Source: Alphaproteobacteria bacterium | GTDB lineage: Bacteria > Pseudomonadota > Alphaproteobacteria > GCA-2731375 | Direction of reading: 5' to 3' | DNA length: 64,000 nt | Assembly: GCA_965232515.1 (NCBI GenBank) | Contig: CBDDPY010000002.1 | Location: 5,440,001 to 5,504,000, forward strand | In this document: positions 12,130 through 20,486 of the stretch, piece by piece | How the letters are laid out: every line of letters begins with the position of its first letter | How positions within the stretch are numbered: the first letter of the stretch is position 1 | Notes under the pieces: model-generated | The model's input: only the letters and a program-made list of their open reading frames with translations | What the model was told of the DNA's origin: nothing | Databases searched by the model: none | Made by a program: the position numbers and the translations under genes

Positions 12130-13920
12130 ATGCCCACTTATGACGCGCCGGTGCGCGATTTCCGCTTCGTGCTGCACGATCTCTTGCAGATCGAGAAGTT
12201 CTCCAACATCCCCGGCTTCGAGGAGGCGACGCCCGATCTGGTCGACGCCATCCTGGAGGAGGGCGCCAAGCTGGTCGGCGAGGTCGTCGCGCCCCTGAAC
12301 CAGGTCGGCGACAGCGAAGGCTGCAAGCTGGAGGACGGCGTCGTCACCACGCCGACCGGCTTCAAGGAGGCCTATGCCACCTATTGCGAGGGCGGCTGGG
12401 GCGGCCTGACGGCCGATCCGGACTATGGCGGCCAGGGCCTGCCGCACGTGATCGGTATCGTCATGCAGGAGATGATGTCGGGCGCCAACATGGCCTTCGG
12501 CATGTATCCCGGCCTGACGCACGGCGCCTACGAGGCGATCCACAAGCACGGCACCGACGAGCAGAAGCAGACCTATCTGCCGAAGCTGGTCAGCGGCGAG
12601 TGGACCGGCACCATGAACCTGACCGAGCCGCATTGCGGTACAGACCTCGGGCTCATGCGCACCAAGGCCGAGCCGCAGGACGACGGCAGCTACCGCATCA
12701 CCGGCACCAAGATCTTCATCTCGGCCGGCGAGCACGACATGGCCGAGAACATCATCCATCTGGTGCTGGCCAAGATCCCCGGCGGCCCGGAAGGCGTGAA
12801 AGGCATCAGCCTGTTCATCGTGCCGAAGTTCCATGTGAACGACGACGGCACGCTCGGCGACCGCAACGGCGTCGTCTGCGGCTCGATCGAGCACAAGATG
12901 GGTATCCACGGCAACTCGACCTGCGTGATGAACTATGACGGCGCGGTCGGCTATCTTATCGGCGGCGCGCACCGGGGCTTGCGCGCCATGTTCACGATGA
13001 TGAACGCCGCCCGCCTCGGCGTCGGCATGCAAGGCCTCGGTGTGTCGGAGGCGGCCTACCAGAACGCCGCCATCTACGCGCGCGACCGCATCCAGGGTCG
13101 CTCGATCTCCGGCACCAAGGAGCCCGAGAAAGCCGCCGACCCGATCATCGTGCATCCTGACATCAGGCGCATGCTGATGACCATCCGCGCCTTCAACGAG
13201 GGCGCCCGGGCACTGGCGCTCTGGACCGGCCTCAAGCTCGACATGGCCGAGAAGCATCCCGACGATCGCGCCCGACGTGATGCCGAGGACCTGGTGGCGC
13301 TGATCACGCCGGTGATCAAGGCCTACCTGACCGACGCCGGCTACGAGTCGGCCAACATGGCCATGCAGTGCTATGGCGGCCACGGCTACATCCACGAATG
13401 GGGCATGGAGCAGTTCGTGCGCGACGCCCGCATCGCTCAGATCTACGAGGGCGCGAACGGTATCCAGGCGCTCGATCTGGTCGGCCGTAAGCTGCCCGAG
13501 CATATGGGCCGCTCTCTGCGGCAGTTCTGCCACCCGGTCGACGCCTTCATCCAGGAAAACCTGACCGACCCCGGCCTGAAGGACTTCGTCATGCCGCTCG
13601 CAAAGGCGTTTGCCCGCTTCCAGCAGGCGACCGCGCATGTGGCGCAGGCCGGCATGAAGAACCCCGACGAAGCCGGCGCGGCCTCGAGCGATTACCTGCG
13701 CATGTTCGCGCTGGTGGCGCTCGGCTTCATGTGGGCGCAGATCGCCAAGGTCGCGAACGAGAAGATCACGGCTGCCAACGGCGATGCCGGCTTCTACGAG
13801 AACAAGCTGAAGACAGCGCGCTTCTTCATGGCCCGCATGCTGCCCGACACGTCGAGCCTGCTGTCGAAGGTGACGTCGGGCGCCGAGACCATGATGGCGC
13901 TCGACGCCGACGCGTTCTGA
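12130..13920 (+). CDS. Long acyl-CoA dehydrogenase (FadE5/DmdC-like)
   Basis: GTMNLTEPHCGTDLG, KIFISAGEHD, IYEGANGIQALDL. Confidence 0.93.
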   Translation: MPTYDAPVRDFRFVLHDLLQIEKFSNIPGFEEATPDLVDAILEEGAKLVGEVVAPLNQVGDSEGCKLEDGVVTTPTGFKEAYATYCEGGWGGLTADPDYGGQGLPHVIGIVMQEMMSGANMAFGMYPGLTHGAYEAIHKHGTDEQKQTYLPKLVSGEWTGTMNLTEPHCGTDLGLMRTKAEPQDDGSYRITGTKIFISAGEHDMAENIIHLVLAKIPGGPEGVKGISLFIVPKFHVNDDGTLGDRNGVVCGSIEHKMGIHGNSTCVMNYDGAVGYLIGGAHRGLRAMFTMMNAARLGVGMQGLGVSEAAYQNAAIYARDRIQGRSISGTKEPEKAADPIIVHPDIRRMLMTIRAFNEGARALALWTGLKLDMAEKHPDDRARRDAEDLVALITPVIKAYLTDAGYESANMAMQCYGGHGYIHEWGMEQFVRDARIAQIYEGANGIQALDLVGRKLPEHMGRSLRQFCHPVDAFIQENLTDPGLKDFVMPLAKAFARFQQATAHVAQAGMKNPDEAGAASSDYLRMFALVALGFMWAQIAKVANEKITAANGDAGFYENKLKTARFFMARMLPDTSSLLSKVTSGAETMMALDADAF

Positions 13921-13938
13921 GTTAGGGAGTACATCGTC

Positions 13939-15081
13939 ATGACCGTCATGCCGCGCACACTGTTCAGCGACGAGCATCAGATGTTTCGCGACCAGGTTCG
14001 GCGTTTCGCCGAGACCGAGATCGCGCCGCATCACGACGCGTGGGAGAAGGCCGGCCAGGTGCCGCGCGACGTCTGGCGCAAGGCCGGCGAGCTCGGCATG
14101 CTCTGCTCGTCGATGCCGGAGGAATATGGCGGCGGCGGCGTCGACCGGCTCTACAGCGTGATCGTCATGGAGGAGCTGGCCCGCGTCGGCGCCACCGGCC
14201 CCGGATTCGGCCTGCATTCCGAGATCGTCGCGCCCTACATCAACCGCTACGGCTCGGAAGACCAGAAGCGCGACTACCTGCCCAAGATGGCGCGCGGCGA
14301 GATCATCGGCGCCATCGCCATGACCGAGCCCGGCACCGGCAGCGACCTCCAGAGCGTGCGCACCTCGGCCCGCAAGGACGGCAACGAGCTGGTGGTGAAC
14401 GGCAGCAAAACCTTCATCACCAACGGCCAGAACGCCGATCTGGTGATCGTGGTCGCCAAGACCGATCCCGACAAGGGCGCCAAGGGCACCAGCCTGGTGC
14501 TGGTCGAGGCCGGCGCGGAAGGCTTCCGCAAGGGCCGCAACCTGGAAAAGATCGGCCTCAAGGCGCAGGACACGTCGGAACTCTTCTTCGATGACGTCCG
14601 CGTGCCGATGACCAACCTGCTGGGCGAGGAGAACCAGGGCTTCATCTACTTGATGCAGGAGCTCGCCTGGGAGCGTCTGCAGGTCGCCATCTCGGCCGTC
14701 AGCAACGCCGAAGCCGCGCTCGACTGGACAGTCGCCTACACCAAGGAGCGCAAGGCCTTCGGCAAGTCGATCGCCGACTTCCAGAACACCCGCTTCAAGC
14801 TGGCCGAGATCAAGACCGAGGTCACGGTCGCCCGGACGTTCGTCGACCGCTGCCTCGAGATGATGCAGGCGGATCAGCTCGACGCGGCGACCGCGGCCAT
14901 GGCGAAATACTGGTGCTCGGATCTGCAGTGCAAGGCGATCGACGAGTGCCTGCAACTTCACGGCGGCTATGGCTACATGTGGGAATATCCCATCGCCCGC
15001 GCCTGGGCCGACGCCCGCGTGCAGCGGATCTATGCGGGCACGAACGAGATCATGAAAGAAGTCATCGCCCGCACGCTTTAG
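13939..15081 (+). CDS. Acyl-CoA dehydrogenase (LCAD-like)
   Basis: AMTEPGTGSD, GSKTFITNG, QLHGGYGY, IYAGTNEIM. Confidence 0.95.
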   Translation: MTVMPRTLFSDEHQMFRDQVRRFAETEIAPHHDAWEKAGQVPRDVWRKAGELGMLCSSMPEEYGGGGVDRLYSVIVMEELARVGATGPGFGLHSEIVAPYINRYGSEDQKRDYLPKMARGEIIGAIAMTEPGTGSDLQSVRTSARKDGNELVVNGSKTFITNGQNADLVIVVAKTDPDKGAKGTSLVLVEAGAEGFRKGRNLEKIGLKAQDTSELFFDDVRVPMTNLLGEENQGFIYLMQELAWERLQVAISAVSNAEAALDWTVAYTKERKAFGKSIADFQNTRFKLAEIKTEVTVARTFVDRCLEMMQADQLDAATAAMAKYWCSDLQCKAIDECLQLHGGYGYMWEYPIARAWADARVQRIYAGTNEIMKEVIARTL

Positions 15082-15112
15082 CGACCGCCGGCTTGTCGAG
15101 GGGTCATAATCG

Positions 15113-15445
15113 GTGATTAACGAGCTGCGGATCTACGAGATCTTCAACGACAACAGTCCCGCCTTCCACGCGCGCTTCCGCGACCATGCCGCGCGGCTGA
15201 TGCGCGACCACGGCTTCAACATCCTGGCCATGTGGGAGACGCGCACCGACAAGCGCCTGGAATTCGTTTACCTGCTGGCCTGGCCCGACGAGGCCACACG
15301 CGACGCCGCCTGGGAAAAATTCATGGCTAACGACGAATGGGCCGCTATCAAGCGTGAAACCGCCGCCGAGCACGGCAGCATGGTCGGCGAGATCGAGGGC
15401 CGCATCCTGCGGCCGACGGACTATTCGGCGGCGTTGTCGGGTTAG
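15113..15445 (+). CDS. NIPSNAP family protein
   Basis: ELRIY...FVYLLAWPD...AW..F..D.EW...ILRPTDYS. Confidence 0.85.
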   Translation: MINELRIYEIFNDNSPAFHARFRDHAARLMRDHGFNILAMWETRTDKRLEFVYLLAWPDEATRDAAWEKFMANDEWAAIKRETAAEHGSMVGEIEGRILRPTDYSAALSG

Positions 15446-15468
15446 CTGATACCCTGATTAGACCGTTG

Positions 15469-15540
15469 TCGTCACCCTGGCGGAGGCCAGGGTCCATTTG
15501 CGACCGCTGCCGTGGATACTGGCCTTCGCCAGTATGACGA
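15469..15540. repeat. REP-like inverted doublet (GTCA-hairpin-TCCA family)
   Basis: Arms 15469-15496 and 15513-15540 are inverted, 23/28 identical, and each is an 8-bp hairpin; further copy at 55525-55549. Confidence 0.85.
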
Positions 15541-15554
15541 GGGGTGTGGTGTCC

Positions 15555-15583
15555 TTGACACACTCCGCTCAATCCCCTATCTC
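15555..15583 (+). promoter_or_regulatory. Sigma70 promoter of the thr leader
   Basis: TTGACA (15555-15560), 17-bp spacer, TATCTC (15578-15583); ends 7 bp before the leader ATG. Confidence 0.6.
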
Positions 15584-15590
15584 CCGCCAC

Positions 15591-15683
15591 ATGCACGTAT
15601 CGATCGCCATATCGGCTGTCACGACGCAGACGACGACCACGACGACCCGCACCGGCGGGCCGTGGCGGGATCGTGTGCGCTGA
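15591..15683 (+). CDS. Thr-rich attenuator leader peptide (30 aa, 9 Thr)
   Basis: MHVSIAISAVTTQTTTTTTRTGGPWRDRVR*; lies directly upstream of a terminator and thrS. Confidence 0.85.
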   Translation: MHVSIAISAVTTQTTTTTTRTGGPWRDRVR

Positions 15684-15710
15684 TCGAACGGCAGACATAA
15701 GCGAAACCCC

Positions 15711-15747
15711 AAGGCCCCGCCGGCGACGGACGGGGCCTTCGCTTTTT
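15711..15747 (+). terminator. Attenuator intrinsic terminator
   Basis: AAGGCCCCG-CCG-GCGA-CGG-A-CGGGGCCTT then CGCTTTTT; the 5' arm can instead pair with CCGGCGGGCC (15652-15661). Confidence 0.85.
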
Positions 15748-15781
15748 CGGCCTGTGCCCGGTCCGTCTCCGCCTTGCAGAC

Positions 15782-16981
15782 ATGGAGAATGAGATGGACC
15801 CCCTTGATCACCGCGCCATCGGCAACGAGATGGACCTGTTCCACCAGCAGGAGGAGGGCGCCGGCCAGGTATTCTGGCACCCGCGCGGCTTCGCCCTCTA
15901 TCAGGTCGTGGAGAGCTATATCCGCAAGCGCATGCGGCAGGCCGGCTTTCGCGAGGTGCGCACCCCGCAATTGCTGGCCCGCGGCTTGTGGGAGCGCAGC
16001 GGCCACTGGGAAAAGTTCGGCGAGAATATGTTTGCCCTCGACGACGGCCACCAGACCCTGGCCCTCAAACCCATGAGCTGTCCCGGCCATATCCAGATCT
16101 TCAACAAGCGCGTGCGCTCGTTCCGCGATCTGCCGCTGCGCCTCGCCGAGTTCGGCGCCTGCCACCGCAATGAGCCGTCGGGCGCGTTGCAGGGCCTGAT
16201 GCGCACCCGCGCCTTCGTCCAGGACGACGCGCACGTATTCTGCGCGCCCGAACAGATCGCGCCCGAGGTGGCGCGGTTCTGCGGCCTGTTGCGGCAAATC
16301 TATGCCGACTTCGGCTTCGACGAGATGATCGTCGGTTTCTCGACCCGGCCCGAGGTGCGCGCCGGCGAGGATTCCGTTTGGGATCAGGCCGAGGCGGCGT
16401 TGGAACAAGCGGCGCGGTCGGCCGGTGTCGACCACCGCTTGCAGCCGGGCGAGGGCGCCTTCTACGGGCCGAAGCTCGACTTCTCGCTGCGCGACAACCG
16501 GGGTCGCGAATGGCAGTGCGGCACCGTGCAGGTCGATCTCGTCCTGCCCGAACGGCTCGACGCGGCATATGTCGATTCCGACAACAGCCGGCGCCGGCCC
16601 GTGATCCTGCACCACGCCGTGCTGGGCAGCATCGAGCGCTTCATCGGCGTGCTGCTGGAGCACCATCAGGGCCGCCTGCCGCTCTGGCTTGCGCCCGAGC
16701 AGATCACGATCGCCAGCATCGCCGAGGCGCAGGCGGACTATGCCGCCGCGGTCGCCGACCGTTTCGCCGAGGCTGGCTTCCGTCCCGCCCTCGACGCGCG
16801 CCCGGTCCGCTTGCCGCGAAAGATTGTCGACGCGCATGCCGCTGGCATACCCCTGCTCGCCGCGGTCGGCGCGCGCGAGGCGAAGGCGGACAGCATCGCG
16901 CTGCGTGGCAATGGCGCCGACAATGAGGTGATCGCCATTGACGTCGCCCTCGACCGCCTGCGGCCGGACGCGTTTCGCTGA
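15782..16981 (+). CDS. thrS: Threonine--tRNA ligase, short form lacking N-terminal TGS and editing domains
   Basis: Begins at DHRAIG; KPMSCPGH, HRNEPSG, QDDAH, FYGPK, QCGTVQ, GSIERF and anticodon domain present; start may be ATG 15794. Confidence 0.93.
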   Translation: MENEMDPLDHRAIGNEMDLFHQQEEGAGQVFWHPRGFALYQVVESYIRKRMRQAGFREVRTPQLLARGLWERSGHWEKFGENMFALDDGHQTLALKPMSCPGHIQIFNKRVRSFRDLPLRLAEFGACHRNEPSGALQGLMRTRAFVQDDAHVFCAPEQIAPEVARFCGLLRQIYADFGFDEMIVGFSTRPEVRAGEDSVWDQAEAALEQAARSAGVDHRLQPGEGAFYGPKLDFSLRDNRGREWQCGTVQVDLVLPERLDAAYVDSDNSRRRPVILHHAVLGSIERFIGVLLEHHQGRLPLWLAPEQITIASIAEAQADYAAAVADRFAEAGFRPALDARPVRLPRKIVDAHAAGIPLLAAVGAREAKADSIALRGNGADNEVIAIDVALDRLRPDAFR

Positions 16982-17020
16982 CGGTTGTCGCGGGATTCGA
17001 AACCGCGTTAGCCTCGGCGC

Positions 17021-18394
17021 ATGTTGTCGCCGCTCGCCGACCGCACCTATCGCCGACTGTTCACGGCGCAGGTCATCGCGCTCGCCGGCACCGGGCTCTC
17101 GACCGTGGCGCTGGCGCTGCTCGCCTACGAGCTTGCCGGCGGCGCGGCGGGCGCGGTGCTGGGCACGGCGCTGGCGCTGAAGATGGTGGCCTATGTGGGC
17201 ATCGCGCCCGTCGTCGGCGGTTTCGCGCACCGGCTGCCGCGGCGCGGCCTGCTGATCGGGCTCGATATTCTGCGCGCGGGCTGCGTCGCCTGCCTGCCGT
17301 TCGTCACCGAGGTCTGGCAGATCTATCTGCTGATCTTCCTCCTGAACGCCGGCTCCGCCGGTTTCACGCCAACGTTCCAGGCGACGATACCCGACGTGCT
17401 GACCGACGAGGCGCGTTATACCAGGGCGTTGTCGCTGTCGCGCCTCGCCTACGATCTCGAAAACCTGTTGAGCCCGACGCTGGCCGCGGCCGCGCTGCTG
17501 GTGCTGAGCTACGACGCGCTGTTTGCCGCCAACGCGTTGGCATTCCTAGCCTCGGCGGCCTTGGTGTTCTCCGTGCGGCTGCCGTCGCCGGCGCCGCAGG
17601 AGCGCGGTCGCGGCGTCTGGCGCAACCTGACGTTCGGATTGGCGGTCTATCTGAAGACGCCGCGTCTGCGCGGCCTGCTGGCGCTGTCGCTGGCGGTGGC
17701 GTCGGCCGGCGCCATGGTCATCGTCAACACCGTGATCTATGTGCGCGAGGGCTTGAGCGGCGGCGAGAGCGCGACGGCGCTTGCCTTCGCCGCGGCTGGC
17801 GGCGGCTCGATGATCGTGGCCCTGCTGCTGCCGCGGCTGCTCGACCGCCTGCCCGACCGGCCCTTCATGCTGCTGGGCGGCATGCTCCTGGGCCTGGGGT
17901 TGCTCATGGGTTTGGCGAAGCCGGACATGACCGGGCTGCTGGCGGTCTGGTTCGTGCTGGGCGTCGGCATGTCGTTCGTGCAGACGCCGGCCGGCCGGCT
18001 GCTGCGGCGCTCGGCCCATGCCGGCGACCGGCCGGCGGTCTATGCCGCGCAGTTCGCGCTGTCGCACGCCTGCTGGCTGCTGGCCTATCCATTGGCCGGC
18101 TGGCTCGGCGGCACGCTCGGCCTGCCGTTGACCTTCGCCGTGCTGGCCGCTCTCGCCCTGTCGGCAACGGTGCTGGCCGTGCTGCTCTGGCCGGCGACGG
18201 ACCCCGAAGAGCTCATGCACGAGCACGGCGCCATGGCGCACGCGCACCTGCATGTGCACGACGAGCATCATCAGCACGCACATGAAGGCTGGGAAGGACC
18301 GGAACCGCACAGCCACCCGCACCGACACGGGCCGGTGCGGCACCGCCATGCCTATGTGATCGACCTGCACCACCCGGCCTGGCCGGGCCGATGA
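17021..18394 (+). CDS. MFS transporter with His-rich C-terminal tail (NreB/NrsD-like metal exporter)
   Basis: Multiple TM helices; YRRLFTAQVIALAGTGL; AQFALSHACWL; 18 His in the last ~58 aa. Confidence 0.85.
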   Translation: MLSPLADRTYRRLFTAQVIALAGTGLSTVALALLAYELAGGAAGAVLGTALALKMVAYVGIAPVVGGFAHRLPRRGLLIGLDILRAGCVACLPFVTEVWQIYLLIFLLNAGSAGFTPTFQATIPDVLTDEARYTRALSLSRLAYDLENLLSPTLAAAALLVLSYDALFAANALAFLASAALVFSVRLPSPAPQERGRGVWRNLTFGLAVYLKTPRLRGLLALSLAVASAGAMVIVNTVIYVREGLSGGESATALAFAAAGGGSMIVALLLPRLLDRLPDRPFMLLGGMLLGLGLLMGLAKPDMTGLLAVWFVLGVGMSFVQTPAGRLLRRSAHAGDRPAVYAAQFALSHACWLLAYPLAGWLGGTLGLPLTFAVLAALALSATVLAVLLWPATDPEELMHEHGAMAHAHLHVHDEHHQHAHEGWEGPEPHSHPHRHGPVRHRHAYVIDLHHPAWPGR

Positions 18395-18404
18395 GGCGCG
18401 CTGG

Positions 18405-19841
18405 TCAGGCGCGTTTCTCTTCTTGCGCGGTGTCCGCTTGCGCATCGGAGGTCAGCAGGCGGCTCGCGGGAAAACGGATCTCGACCGTCGTGCCGGCGCC
18501 CAGCTTCGAGTTGATGTGCAGATTGCCGCCCATCATCTCGACGAAGGACTTCGCCAGCGGCAGACCGAGCCCGGTGCCGTCCTGCGTTCGCGCGAACAGG
18601 CTTTCGCCCTGCTCGAACGGCTGCAGCAGCCGCGGCACCTGATCCGCCGCCATGCCGACGCCCTGATCGCTGACCCGCAGCACACAGTCGCCCGTGGCCT
18701 CGATGGCGGCCGTTAGCAGCACGGTGCCGCCAGCTTCCGAATACTTGATCGCATTCGACAGCAGGTTCAGGACCGCCTGCTTCAACAGCCGGCCATCGGC
18801 GCGCAGCCGGGGCAGCTCGGTCGGCCGCGCGGCGCGGATGTTGACGCCGTTCTGGTCGGCGATGGCGCTCACCATCCTGGCCAGGGAATCGACCAGCGCC
18901 GCCAGGTCGACATCCTCCTCGCGCAGGCGCCAGTGCCCGTCCTTGACCTTCGAGAGGTCGAGCAGGTCGTTGACCACCGATAACAGATGCCGGCCGCTGG
19001 CGTGGATCTCCTCGGCGTAGTCGGCGTATTCGCCGCGGCCGACGGGGCCGAACAGCTCGCGCCGGATGGTGTCCGAGAAGCCCAGGATGGCGTGCAGCGG
19101 CGTGCGCAGCTCATGGCTCATATGGGTCAGGAACGCGGACTTGGCCTCGTCGGCGGCCTGCGCCGCGTCCCGCGCCTCGATCAACTCGGCCTCCGCCGCC
19201 TTCGCCGCCGTGACGTCGCGGCCGCTGCCGCGGTAGCCCCGGAAATTGCCGTCGCCATCGAAAATCGGCCTGCCGCTGACGCTGAACCACCGTTGCCGAC
19301 CGTCCGGCAGCTCGATGCCGTAGATCAGGTCGGTGAACGGCTCTCGGGCCTGTACAGTCTCGAGATGCGGCTCGATAAATTCGGCCGTGACGAAGCGGCG
19401 CAGCAGATCGCCGCGGCGGCAGCCGATCAGTTGCGCCGCGTTCGTGCCGTTGACGGTCGTGAAGCGTTCCGAGAGGTGCGTGAAACGATCGTCGGCGTCG
19501 GTCTCCCAGACCCAGTCGGACGCGATATCGGTGATGTCCTTGAAGCGTTGTTCGCTCCGCCGCAGCTCTTCAGTCAGCCGAAATCGGGCCCGGGTTTGTC
19601 GCTTGAGCTCGCGCACCCGGCGAACGGCGAACCAAAGCGATCCGACCAGACAGGCAATCAGCAGCCCGAGCGCCTCGTCGACTTCCCAGGCTTCCTGCGC
19701 CCGCGTGATGTCGTGCCACCACTCGACGAATTCGACCATGTACAGGCCGGTCGCGATGACGGCGGCGATCAGCAGCGCGACCCAGAAATCCCTCATAACA
19801 CTGTTGCCAGCCAATCGCGACGATGGCGCACGAACGCGCAT
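18405..19841 (-). CDS. Membrane PAS-domain sensor histidine kinase
   Basis: Two TM segments; PAS (SDWVWETD); H-box MSHELRTPL; NLLSNAIK; DQGVG; GTGLGL. Confidence 0.93.
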   Translation of the reverse strand: MRVRAPSSRLAGNSVMRDFWVALLIAAVIATGLYMVEFVEWWHDITRAQEAWEVDEALGLLIACLVGSLWFAVRRVRELKRQTRARFRLTEELRRSEQRFKDITDIASDWVWETDADDRFTHLSERFTTVNGTNAAQLIGCRRGDLLRRFVTAEFIEPHLETVQAREPFTDLIYGIELPDGRQRWFSVSGRPIFDGDGNFRGYRGSGRDVTAAKAAEAELIEARDAAQAADEAKSAFLTHMSHELRTPLHAILGFSDTIRRELFGPVGRGEYADYAEEIHASGRHLLSVVNDLLDLSKVKDGHWRLREEDVDLAALVDSLARMVSAIADQNGVNIRAARPTELPRLRADGRLLKQAVLNLLSNAIKYSEAGGTVLLTAAIEATGDCVLRVSDQGVGMAADQVPRLLQPFEQGESLFARTQDGTGLGLPLAKSFVEMMGGNLHINSKLGAGTTVEIRFPASRLLTSDAQADTAQEEKRA

Positions 19842-19985
19842 TTGCCTGCCTCAGTCCGCATCGATCCGGTCCGGACATCGATGCGACCCCCCGGGCCATA
19901 CCCGGCATCGCTTCCAAAGCTAAATATCCACCGGGCGCGCCGAATTGGCAAACGTATTGGCGCCCGCCGTGTTCCGACCGGTGTT

Positions 19986-20486
19986 TCAGTTTGGGACGGT
20001 CAGATCGAGCGTCACCGGCAAGGCGCCTTCTAGTTTTAACAACGCCGCCTTGGTCGGCAGGCCGCCGCCGAAGCCGGTGAGCTTGCCGGTGCTGCCGATG
20101 ACGCGATGGCAGGGGATGACAATCGGCAGCGGATTGGCGCCGTTGGCGGCGCCGACGGCGCGGCTCGCCCTCGGCCGGCCGATGCGGCGGGCGAGCGTTC
20201 CATAGGTCGTGGTCTCGCCATAGGGGATCTTCTGCAAGGTCCGCCACACCTTCAGCTGGAAGGCCGTGCCGCGGGGCGCCAGCGCCAGGTCGAACTCAGT
20301 CAGGCGGCCGCGAAAATAGTCGTCGAGCTGCCGTTTCGCGGCATCGAACGGCGAATCCCGCCGTTCCCAATCGGGTTCGGCCTGCCGGGCCCGGCTGCCG
20401 TCCGGAAAGCTGATCAGCGTCAGGCCGGTCTCGTCGCCGGCCAGCAACAACTGCCCAATCGGGCTATCCATGTGGCTGTAGTACAT
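19986..20486 (-). CDS. ogt: Methylated-DNA--protein-cysteine methyltransferase
   Basis: GTAFQ, IPYGET, RAVGAANG, active-site PCHRV. Confidence 0.95.
   Translation of the reverse strand: MYYSHMDSPIGQLLLAGDETGLTLISFPDGSRARQAEPDWERRDSPFDAAKRQLDDYFRGRLTEFDLALAPRGTAFQLKVWRTLQKIPYGETTTYGTLARRIGRPRASRAVGAANGANPLPIVIPCHRVIGSTGKLTGFGGGLPTKAALLKLEGALPVTLDLTVPN

Noticed and set aside
9380-14961. Very long antisense ORFs (899 aa, 1046 aa) and similar ones elsewhere
   Set aside because: Shadow frames of GC-rich genes with clear motifs on the opposite strand; no recognisable domains
15621-15653. ACG/ACC trinucleotide microsatellite
   Set aside because: Better explained as the Thr codons of the leader peptide
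15684-15781. Possible pseudogenised N-terminal remnant of thrS
   Set aside because: Region is occupied by the terminator; no TGS or editing-domain motifs recognised
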